A program made the translations under genes and the position numbers. From Tubiluchus corallicola (taxonomy: Eukaryota; Animalia; Priapulida), in NCBI GenBank assembly GCA_030141605.1, contig JAQGDQ010000299.1, positions 75,837 to 139,836 on the forward strand: DNA of 64,000 bases, written 5' to 3'. Shown here piece by piece: positions 37,901 through 50,800 of this stretch; position 1 is the stretch's first letter, and every line of letters begins with the position of its first letter. The notes under the pieces were generated by a model, which worked only from the letters and a program-made list of their open reading frames with translations, did no database searches and had not been told where the DNA came from.

Positions 37901-40729
37901 TTTCTAGACCAATGCATATGAATTATGCATTTATTCCACAGCAAATCGTACATATAAACACAAGTACAAATTGTTATTACATCATAAAGTAAAATAAAAG
38001 AGTCACTGTGAGGAATAGGAAGGGGTAATATACTTTCGACTCCTCGTCCAAAGCAAAGAGTTATTCTGGTGTAGTATTGCAAATCAAGCTCAGGGCGATT
38101 CTTTAACATTTTTAGAAAAAAAATACCCCTTCAAGGAAAATGCGACTCAGGGATGCAAAAAACGTTCACAATTTCTGCCTGGCTTCACCCACTGTGGAAG
38201 TTGGAATTGTACATTATAATTAGGTGCTGCCATCTATGGGCTACTCCTGTTACATTCTACCAGCTGACTTACCCCCAGTATAATTGTATGGTCCAGTGAA
38301 TGCATATTTACTAGTTCTCTCCCTATTTTAAAGTAATGGTTGTTGTGAAGCCTGTGCAAGTCTGCATAGGTCACCTATACCTATATATATTGACTGGTTT
38401 TGCCTTCTAGTCACTCTCACTCTCACTCTCAGTGTTCAGTGCAGCAGTCATGCTACTCATGTGTACGTAGTTTTAATAAACACTTTTCTGTTGTGTGCAG
38501 TGCAAATATGTGTTATAGATTTTTTATTCTTGTTGGTACTTCTGTGCCTAAACTCAGTCATAACAAAGTGAGTGATCTACAACTTCAAACATGACTTTCA
38601 CACCCATGAAACAAATGATTAAAACTTCCAAAGGGTACGGCACCAGAAGTTTTTTGATCCCAAGTTTTTTGACCAAAAATTGGGGATTTGCAAAAGTACA
38701 TATACAGGTCCACTACTTGAGAGAGAAGCAACTCCAGTGAAAGAAATTGTAGCCATTTTAGCTCTAGACTTCAGACAAAACATGCTGCGCTAAGGGGATT
38801 TTTCTAACAGTTCGAGAAGACCGACACCTCCACTTGTTTCATAAATTTGATTAAATAGTCAGAATGTAGAAAGAGAAGCAAATAAGCTTATGAATTAGCT
38901 GCTTAAACTTCTCCTTAACAAGCTAGTTTAGAAATAAATATAAAAAATAACAATTGCTCTTACTTGGGGGAATAGCATTTACTGAAAAAGACATCTTATA
39001 GTACCAAATCATTGGTTCAACGTAATTACCAAGCCCAGATGCTGAAAAAGAAAAGAAAGATTTCAAAAATTTCAACACAAAAATTTAGTGCCGGTATTTT
39101 AGTTTGTAAATTGTAACGATAAATCAAAAACTCATTATTTGTATCGATAAATCAAAAACACAATAACATACACTCATATCTCGATTTGCCAGATAACAGC
39201 GGGGAGATGTTGGTCCGAATTTGCTGATTATACGTATTTATTGATACTTAGCTAATACATTAGACTCAGTGCATTGCATTAGATCAACGGTTCTCGACCT
39301 TTTTAGAGCGGTAACCCCAAGTCGACCCCTCAGTGCGTCCATTAACCCCCATCTCTACCCCTGGAAGGAAAAATGACTGAAATAATGCAAATTCTCAATT
39401 TGAAACACTAGTATGCAGTCCCAGATTCCAGGAATTTGATTGTGATTGTAACAAGTTTGAGGACCATTCCCATGAGAAAGCCACCAAGATGTCAACTAGC
39501 TACGTCAGATTCAATAACATTGCGTGGGTGGGGGTAACAATATGCTTTGATCTCACTGTGACACTGTCTTTAGGTTCATCACACGGTCATATCGCTTAAT
39601 ACATCACTCTGCAATCTAATAACAGGCCTGATCTAACAAATAGGTGATTTTTTTCTTCTGAGTGTAAAGTCCCATTAACCCCCAGAATTGGTGCCATTTA
39701 CCCCCTGGGGGTTAATTAACCCCCGGTAGAGAAACCCGGCATTAGATTCATGGTAATCTAAAATCAATCACCTAATTGTCTTAAAAACGTCGCGTACGGG
39801 CCGCTCCTATGCAAAAGTATATAAAAACTGCCAGAAATTGATTCATATAACACTGCATAATTGAAACATAAGAGATATGGATGTGGTCACACTGATGTAA
39901 ATGAAGTGACAGCCCGCCAACTAGCGATCAGCTCATGAAACAACGGACTGCGACTACGGGCCGGATTTTGACCGATTCCTCCGTTATCCGCAGATATGAG
40001 TGTAATAAAAAACGTAGGGAGTTGACACCTACATTTTATATAGTTTAGCGGAAGTTTGCGAAACATGTCGTCCCACATTATAACGTTAACATCATAGTTA
40101 TCTTTGACGAACTTGGCAACGGATGACACGTGATCGAAAAACAAGCGATTTGGATCAAGATGCTGAGATTGCATACGCTGACGACATTTATCACATTCGC
40201 CAAGGTGCCACACCTAAACAAGAAATAGAAAGTCAATTTCAAGGTTGACAAACGTAAAATAAACACATGTGAACGTGAAAGTGAATACAATAAATCCTCG
40301 CTTAACAACTCCATATTCAGCGACATTTCGTTGTTACGACGCTAAACATTTAACGCCTTTTCTCACTTAACGATGCACGTTTCATTTTAACGACAGTTTT
40401 TTTACTTTGCTAACAGCCACGTTTATTTTATCAGCAACTTTTTTACCACTTTTAAAGCATTAAAATGGCCAATGTTCTGTACTAAAAATGCATCAGTAAC
40501 CTAAACAGTGCAATTATTATGCTTTGCTTCCCGACAGACTATGTACTAAATTGTAGTGACTTGTACCAAGCGCGCGATCTATTTGCCGATTTATATTCCT
40601 CCAGACATATGAGTTTAAACTTTATGCCAAGGAATTTGGCTGCAGCCTGTTGCTATAACTATAACAACCAGATTAGCACATGAAATTGTCTCAAGGTCGT
40701 CCCATGTTGGGCTTGGCTTTCAATATGCA

Positions 40730-40776
<47 letters not shown>

Positions 40777-41771
40777 GCTAGTGGTTAAACACTTATTATT
40801 AAATATTTTAAAAATATTTCCTCCTTTTGCAGAAATGCCTGTAAGTGAACAGTTTGTGTTTATTAATGGCCTAAATGAAGTAGCGATGAGAACCTTGGTA
40901 AGAAATTTTATACATGACATCAGTAAGAAAAGGGAAGAGGAACAGGATAGCAAAAAACTTTAACTCGAAATCGCAGCCCACAAAATGTGTACTTACTATT
41001 GTTGTTTATGTGTTATTATTGTGCTTTTTGTTAGTATAATGTTTTTTTTTTGGTATTATCGTCCCTGCTATGTTTGAGCCGTTCCATCCTATGTATAGGA
41101 TCAAAGTTTTTTTTTGGTCTCTGTATGTTGTATGCTCAATATACTATGTAGTAATATATATTGTAACGGATCCGGGTTCCAGCGCCGATCCGTCTCAGGA
41201 TGTATAGAGCGGCATACAAGTTATGAAATACTTTATACAGCAGACGAGAAAAGTAAAAAGAATGCGAATGTAAAATAAATTTTAATGCACAACCAGTAGC
41301 TCCATGACATGTGAACAGACTTTGGTGTAAAAATCAGCAAACATACAGCATTCACCCTTACAGACAGAAAGGCCAGGTTGGAATCGTAAAATTACAGCAT
41401 GCGTTCTGTTTTATACAGGTACATTTGCATTACTGGGCTTCTCGAACGTGCCCATTACTAACATTAGGGGGTTGGTCATAATCTGCCTTTGTAACAATAT
41501 TATAGCCTTCAACATTAAGGAAAGAGAAACCGCTAACAAGTCCAGCTAGATACTGGGAAGATAAAGATTTGGTTTCAAGTAAACAAAGAAATTAATCAGT
41601 AGAGATATGAACAAAACTCACAAAACATTTAATTTATATGATTTAAGCAGCATCGATTTTTGCCTCAATTCTTTTACATTAGTTTCTATGGTTTCATTTA
41701 ACGTCGTTTCGATTAAATGCTGGTACCGGATTAGTCTCATTAAACGAGGACTTACTGTATACAAGCATCTA

Positions 41772-41869
<98 letters not shown>

Positions 41870-44800
41870 GATGATTATTATGAGTTTATTTCGTATAAAA
41901 ATATACAGTTTACAAAGTTAAAGATGTTAGTAAAACAGGTAATGCGATGTTAGTAAAGTAACATATCTACAGACATTCAACTTTATAATAACCACACATT
42001 GTAGTTCCCTTGTAATTATATTATATTATACAGTGTTGTAAGGAACTATAATAGATATCTTAAAACATAATCTTTAAATGCGTTCTTAACCTTTAATTTT
42101 ACATTTTCGTTTAGATCTACAGTACAACCATATTTAAATCTTAAATTTACTTGACTGTAATTTACATAGTAGCATAGCTTTGGAATTCTCAATGTGCAAG
42201 AGTTTACAATTTTTCTCACAAAGTTTAATTTTCGACTATCTATTAAATAATTCGCAGGCATTGTGCCACAAAAATACATTAACAATTTGACGCTTTCATT
42301 TTGTCTAAAACCGAATATTTTCTATAAGCAGTGTTCCATTTTACCCTAATGGCATTAACTTCATTGTATGATATACCCCCAATTTCGCACCCGTATAACA
42401 AAATAGATAGACAATATGTATTGATCAGAGCTTTAGCTACTATGTCATTACTAATGTTTCAACAATTACAGCCATTGACTTCTAACAATTTTTACAATAA
42501 GTCTATGAGTTTTATAAATTGAATTTTCAATACAAAGGGTTTTAAGAAATGTCAGGCCAGCTAGACTTCAGAGTATCACGTGTGCTCTTTATTCAACATT
42601 AAACTGGTTTGTTATTTTTTTAGTTCAATGGAGAACCAAATAAACAAGAAATTTACAATGTAAACCTATCAAGTGAAACTTTAGAAGAAAATGTTCAAAT
42701 AAGAGCAAAACTTAATACACTCATATCTCGATTCGCCGGACCTCGCTTTTATGGATATCGCAAAAATCGGACAAAATCTGGACCGCCAAAAGTCTTATTT
42801 ATTATGGACACAGTCCGTTGTTTCACGTACTGACCGCTAGTTGGCAGGTCGTCACATTGTTTACATCAGTGCAACCACGCAGCGTGTAATGATACGTGTG
42901 TAGCGTTTCATGCTAGGAGCGACCCATACTAGATATTTTAGAGACAATTAGGCGATTGATTCTATATTACCGTGAGTCTAATACACGGTGCCTTAGCACA
43001 CAGCAACAGCTTAGCATTGGTAAATATGGACAATCGGCAAATTCGGACTGACATCTCCCCGCTTTCATCCTGCAAACCGAGTTATGAGTATACATGTCAA
43101 CAAATTTACCAGTTGGTGTATGCCAGAACTATTTAAATTTAAAAAAAACTTCATACCAATCAAAACAGCAAAAATCAACTGCAAACAGATGCAAATTACC
43201 TCATCAGAACCAATATGTATGTATTTAGCGTCTTTATGCAACTGCATTATTTGCGTGATCATGTTTTGAATGAGCTTCAGTGAACCTGAAAATGGAACGA
43301 ATTTTTACGCTCCATATAAAATGACCGAAACAAATTTCTTGATTCAATTCAATTTTAATTTATTTATCGCTTTATAATACTACAATAAAACGTGATTAAT
43401 AAAAGAATCGCTACTAAGTTTTGAAGAATGGTTAAAATGTATAGATAGATCTAGAACTAGAGAAAGGATAGCGAAAAGACTATAAAGTCACCTAGTCTGC
43501 TATCCTTTACCGAATATAGATAAAATGATTTTTAGACACTGGTGGGCATTAATGTTATCAGTTTAATTTAGGAAACATCAATAATTTTAAAATAATGACA
43601 TTTGCTAAATAATTAAGTAACCCAGGGTAAAGAAAATACATGTACTTTAATTAGCGGGCAACAAAATAAGGTCAATCTTGATTAAACTAAAAATAGCATA
43701 ATAGCCTGAGCTTATAAAGGATTGAAATTACTTTGCTTATGCCTGCTGCAGATTTTAAATATGGAAATGCAGTAATCTTATCTGGCTCTGTTACGACACA
43801 TCAGCATTACGTTACAAGATATTACGTAACGCTTTACCTTAAATCAATCACAAACATATTATGTAACAATGCTACAAATACATGAACATGTAAAATCATA
43901 GAACTATACTGGAAGCAGCAATATATAATAACCACTGCACCTTTTACTACTGTAGGAAAATAATCATATGTGTACTTGCAAAGCAAAGCAGGCATAGGTA
44001 AACTTTAAAGTAGAAAGCACCAAAAATTTGGTCAAATATCACTTTTTTCTTTTTTATAAAAACAAATGCAAAAGATATTGGACTTCTACATTCTAGCATC
44101 AAATTATCAAGGAAATGTCCAAAATACTAAAAATCTAATTTTATAACCCAGTATTCACTTTTCTGGCTAGAAACTAGTGCTACAATTAAGAAAAACTTCA
44201 ATCTCCGATAATAGCTCATGGCTGCAGGTTTTTTCTGTTGCCAAACCCAGATCTTTGTCAGGAAGAGCCATCTAATGGATATAAACATAACGTCAGCGTG
44301 TTCTTGCAAAGTCCATAGCAACCAATCTTTCATGCGGTTGCTAAGTGTTTTGCAGAAATGCAACAAAAAACAATGGCTAACTTTAAACGCGATTTTCTCA
44401 AGAGTATGTTTTTCAGTGCGTTGTGTGCACTTCAACTTCAACATTGATTATCTCAGCTTAGAAATAATATAGAGTAATGAACTTGGTATCAAAATGATCC
44501 TCATGAACTGGAGATTCAGGATATGTGAATAGCTAGATAAGCTTAATGGCTTTTGGACGATTTTGCAATGCAAGCACACATATAATAAATTACGGAAAGT
44601 ATGGATTATGGAATGAGTTATGGACGTTATAACAATATACAAGAAAATTTTTCTAATAATATTTATTTAACATTTATATCTGCTATTCTTCAGTGCAATA
44701 ATTAATTACTTTCTCCAGAATAAGAAATACAAGAACTTCGAAATAAAATAGTAAAAAATACATCTTCATATTAATGTTAAAGACAGCTACTATAGTTAAA

Positions 44801-47800
44801 ATAACATCAAAACTGTTAATACTACAAACAGTTAAATTAATGTATTATATGTATTAATTATATGTATTAATAATACATATAACTGCAACCAGTTTGTTAC
44901 TCTATCCAGGAAGAGAAGAGCATTAAGAACTGAAATAATTGAACTCACCTGCATTAGAGGGACAGAGCACGTTAGGGTACCGGTCCTTTTCTCGCAAACT
45001 TTGAAACTGCTCATGCTTTAGGACAAACTGAAACATTCAGAGCAACCAGGAAATGTAAGGCCAAGTCAAATTTGAAAAAATTCCATTCATCAGCAGAAGA
45101 GTAAAACTGTTCAAGTAAGATCAGGAATAACAAATTAATGCAGCTCAACTTTCAGCAGCTAAATGCATCTTTGTTAACACTATTATGTATTTTTAAAAAC
45201 TTTCGTACCCTTACGTTAACTCCTTCAGTTTGCTGCATGCTGCATTTGTTCACAAAAAACTGCTCTCACTAAGCAGCAATTACATTATATACAGGCCACT
45301 TTATTTAGGTTGTTTAGACCTAAAATGACCTAAATAAGATTTGAAAAATAACCTAAATAACATTTTTGCTCTTTTTCATTTTTCGGATCGTCGCTGCTTT
45401 TTTGCCCCGTCGGAGGAGCGAGAATTAGAAGAAACAAGCCACGTGGCATCCCGTAGTTCTCCCTCCCGTCTGCGCTGCTCTTCGGTTGGACTGATTCAGG
45501 CAGGGAAGCAGCAGCGTCCCGTCGCACCCACGTTATGCCGGCATGAAGACGGGAACTGAGACGGGTGTTCTCGAAAGAACCCTCCTAATCCTTTTGTGTT
45601 CTGTGTGTTTTGTTGTCGCCCAACCGTCCCCCCCCCTCTTTTTGTGTGATTGATGCGTCGTCAAGCCACCATATTTTCTTCTACTTAAACGAGACTAGGC
45701 CTACTCATTCTAATTCTTCCTTGTATCTCCCCAGTTATAGATGGCTTGTTATGATAATATATATGATAATATTTATATATGATAATTTTCCTAGGTTTTC
45801 TGCTCCTAATATATGCTAAGTTGGAGTGCCTGAGAAGGGTGTGTTTTTCTTAATTTTATTCAATTAAATCACTTACAAATCCCACTTTACAATGTTTGAA
45901 CGAATAGCATGATTGGATAGCCGAGATTCTCCTGAATAGAACAGTACCTAATTTGTAATCATTTCGTTATGTATGTGCTCATACAGTAACAGAAGTCTTA
46001 TAAGACATACTTTGAATGGTTCGGTCTTGAAGCAGTTAAATGGACTTAAGTAAACTCTTGGCCACAGGAAATGGGGCACAGAAACGCCTCAAGCTTCTTT
46101 ATTTAGTTACATCATTTAGTTAAAAAGTAATCTGTCTATTATAAACAGATAACATTTGAGTAATTGTACATTCGTTTGACTGCATTGTTAGTTACAACTC
46201 AGTAGGTGATTTTCACTCTAAGGCCGGCCGTTGTACTGACTTTCCCCATTACCTGATGCAGCAATGCATTTCAAGTCCAACCATCACATGACATGTGGGT
46301 AAACCAAAGCAGTCTGTATCAGTTCAGTAACAGCAGATGTTTTATGTGGACTTTACTTAATTATGCATTAGTCTGAGTGTAGAGTGATTTACTAATAGGA
46401 TCTTGCTTGGAAACAAGAAAAAATAAACCAGGTAAGGTTCTAGCTAGTTGTCAAAACATGTTAAAAGTGTTACTATTACAATAGCATTGGCTTCGAGGCA
46501 TAGTAAACAAACGAAATAGTCTACAAAAGTCTATATTAGGCCTTGTAGGCCCAGTTAAAGTTGCAAAATGTTGTTAAAGGTAAATTGCAAAATGAAAACA
46601 TCCCTACTTACTAATTTCTCCATACAGTTTTTCATGCATACACTCAGTGAACCTTTTGCTAAAGGAAAGGCCAAGCCTTCTATGAGGTTAATTTTATTTC
46701 AATGTTCGCAGAAAATGTTAGAAAGATTTAGTAATACAACTGCAATAAGCGTCTCGTGTAACTAGTAAAATCACTTTAATTTAAAGTTGCGATCACTTCA
46801 TGCTTGGGTGCTCCAATTTTCAATGCCCATCCTTCTTCCAATGACATCATTTGTCGTGAAGAAAAGTAGCTCACTGTCAATCTTCACCAAAAGTATAATA
46901 AGATATAATAAAAAAATTAGATAGCTGATTTTGTAACATTTTTGGGCGAACATTCGGTAAACTGTAGAAGTTTGAATTAGTTTAAGGTGGGCGCTTATGG
47001 AAAGCAACGAAGTCTCCCTGTTACGTCATGATTTTGAAGTGAATGGCAGTAACCACCACGCCTGAAAATTTCTATTCAGAGGTAGTATATTTTAAATGTA
47101 TGCTTTATAGGCAGTTCTTTGCAGTGATAACAGTAAAATAAACCCATCATACTGCATAACTAGTTCTTTCCTTTAACACAGGAAAGTAGTCAAAGATATG
47201 ATGTGGGACTAGTGATCAATGGATTCTGTATTTCTTCTGTATTTATGCACTTGGCACGAATTCATCCTTTTGCTGGTATTTGCCTGACCCTGAAATATTT
47301 CTGGTAGTGGGTGCTCAGAAACACAAATGGAAATTATATTCAATAGTCATTAAAAGTGGTGTCCCGGAACCGTTATCAGGTTTTAACACAACACAATGTA
47401 ATCAAGAAGCATTTCACAGTTCCAACGATTGATGATAATCATGAAAATGTCAAAGGTTAAGTGTACCAGACAACGCATTTGTGTACACTTGACAATGCAT
47501 CAAAGTCCATGCTATAGTAATAGTAACTGTTTTAACAGCTAACTAGAACCTTATCTAGTTCATTTTGTCTTGTTCCCAAGCAAGATCCTGTTAGTAAATC
47601 ACTCTACGGACAGATTAATGCACAATTAAGTAAAGTCTACGTAAAACAACTGAAGTTACGGAACTGATGCATCAAACAGGCTTTGGTTTACCCCTACATG
47701 TCACGTGACGATTGTAGTTAAGACGTGTTGCTGTAGTAGGCTTAACCTTTGACCTACAGCAACTGCACGAGTGCACAACGAAACTGTGAAAAGGATTATT

Positions 47801-50800
47801 CAAGTAGAATATGCAGATGGCTAAACACTTCTTTACCATACCACTATATACAGCACATTGCTACTTCACTCACCTCCAAATGACCAAATGTTTGCACAAG
47901 AGGAACAACCTCCAAGGAATTCTTTTTGGCAAGGTTTAGTAATATATCCACATCCGACTTGCTACAACATGAACAAAAGAAAATTAGTGGCATCACAACA
48001 AAGTTAAAAATTTCTGTCTGGGCTGTGCCTAGGCTAATAGGAAAAACCCATGCATGCTCCTTGTGAGGAATTCTGCCACCAGCTAGAAGCTATGCGTCCT
48101 CCTCGTGAGGAATTTTGCTGAATACTAGAAATACTGCATGTTCCATTTTCGAGCAACAGTTAACACATTTCAGCATAAAACTGTAAGATCTAACCTCCCT
48201 TTTAACAAACTGAAGATTTTATGTTTTATTAATGCAACATCGATATGCTATATTCGTGAAAAAGAAAAAAACAATGTAAGCATATATTTTATATATGCAT
48301 ATTTTCAGATTTTGAAGCGGTTAGTAGAAGTTTACTAAAAAAACAAAGAAAGCTGACATTACATTGACAACATTATTAATTGTACTTTGTATATGAGAAA
48401 TACAGCAAGTATAACCTAATTTAGACATACAGTATAAAACTCACAAAGTAGCTACAGCTAACTGGACGTGCGTAAAAAAACCACACTATTTTACTATGAA
48501 AATGAACTTTCTTGCTCATGGGATTTCGAGAAAAATCCAAGATTTTCAGAAAATCTTCTGATTTTTTAACTGAACTTCCATGTGTCAATTTTCCTAGCCT
48601 CCTCACTGTGAAACTGGCCTAACAGTACATTAATGGATAGGCAAAAACAAAGAGAAACAACAATGTTAATTACCTGTACGCATTTTTAGCTGCTAGAACT
48701 TCTAGATCTCCCGAATAAGGAAATGTATCTTCCCATTCGATTAAAAGTCCAGTTGCTCCCAATTTATTCAAAAGCGGAAATAACTAAGGAAATCACAATA
48801 TGGTAAAAGAAGGACTTATAAGCAACTTGTTAATAACTCACATACAAAAATCCAGTATTTGAATTCCATGTATGACAAGATATAATTAAAGCAAACCGGA
48901 CAAAATTTTAAACTGTAGATCAAAACAATCTACTCTTTTAAATATTGAAAGGCAACATACTATTTTTTCAAAAATGACTTATGTGAAAGAATTATTACCA
49001 CACAAATACAATTTCACATTCGGGCCACTAGTTCGTCATTGTATACCTTACAGTAGCACTGTACTTCAATTTTCGCTTTTGCAAACACGTGCAACATGCT
49101 CGCGGATTGTTTTTGCTGTTGAAAATTATGTTCGCTTGTAATGTTATCAGTAGTTGGCCTCACCAGCAGTTAAGATTTTAATCTATTATTTAATTATCAG
49201 AAACGCTTTTGCAGTATTACTGATGCTAAAATATATACTTTTTATCGTACTTGAAAATGGGGTATTATATGAAAAATCATCCTGTCTTCCTTTAAATTTA
49301 TGACATTTATGACAAAATAGTACAGAATTCCAAAAACAAAAAGTGTTTGTACTAACAATAATTCTTACAACAGGTACTTCTAGATACGTCTTTACTCAGT
49401 AGCTTACAAATAACCGTCAAACAAAATTTGTTTAACTGATTTTTTTAAACTTACTTAAATTAAACGTTTTAAATTCTTCAGGGATGTTCAAACAAAGTTT
49501 TATAGTATTATGTTTGTTTGTTTGCTGAAAAATATTAGTAGATTGTTGTGGCATAAAATAATTAGTAGATGCAAGTCTGGTATGGTGATCATGCGTATGG
49601 AGAACTGGAGCAAAATATTTAGACAATCCTGGAGGTAATAAATTAAGATGAAATCTGTAAATAAACATAAGAGTGCAAATCATATGTTCCTTTAATCTCA
49701 AAAGTGTAACCCTAGTAGTTCCCTGAAATTTCACAGGTTTCCCAAAATTTACAATTTTGTTTTTTCAATTGAATTTATATAGTTATAGAATGATGTTATC
49801 CGCTATCAGTGATGTTATCAGTTTTGGTGTCTAGCTGTAGAAAGAAGACTAGAAATCATTTGCTCCTTCTTCCTCCATACAAGCAACTTTCTTATTATTG
49901 TTATTGTGTTATTGTATTGTTGCATTTGTTGTTGTAAAATAAATTTATTTTTATTCTCATTCTAATAACACCTTTCTTCATTGTTAGAGAGCTTGTGCAG
50001 GCTAAAATACAAGAAAATAGTGAAAATGTCTAAACAATGTACTGGCGAATAATAGTACCTGGTGAAAATGTCTAAACAAAGTACTGGCGAATAATAGTAC
50101 CTGGTGAAAATAGGTCATTTTTGGTGGCGCTCCCTTGAGATCTAAATGAACAAGCCTGAAAGAAAACCAGCATTACCGTTTTATTATTTAAAATAATTTT
50201 ATTATTTGCTACAGCAATGTCTGCTGTTAATAAGAACAATATGATTAAAAAACTGCTAATACAGAATTTCTAAAAGAAAAGTGATATATTTTAACCCTTT
50301 CAGTCCCAAATTATTTTTTTAATAAGAATTTTTTAAAAACACAACAAAAGCAAAAAATGTGCTTCATTTTGCGACTGCTAATAATTTTTTAAAGTATTTA
50401 AGACATTTAGCATGCATGCTATGCTGATCTGTGCAAAGTCATCTCTAAAGTACTGTACCTTGCACAGTTTTTTGTGCTACGTAGATTTTTTAGTTTGCCA
50501 TTTTATCACCATTTTTAGTCTATTGTTATTGGCTTAAATTGAAATAACTATTAACAGATCAAATAACTGTCAGTTTTAAAATTTTATTAATTTTTAAGGC
50601 AGAAAATATTCTCGTATCCCACGGGATACAACGGGTATGAAAGGGTTAACTGAAACAATTGTGTAATAAGAAATCAACCTGTGTTTTCCCGGTTGTTCAG
50701 ATGATGATCTTCTGGTTAGCAACATTTGCTCTTCACTATAAACCCTAAAATAAGATGATTTTAGCTGTAATAAACACCATATAAGTTTTACGTGTCAAAT

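Noticed and set aside
45820-46100. Penelope end or hammerhead ribozyme
   Set aside because: No CTGANGA...GAAA core with pairing stems could be built by eye.
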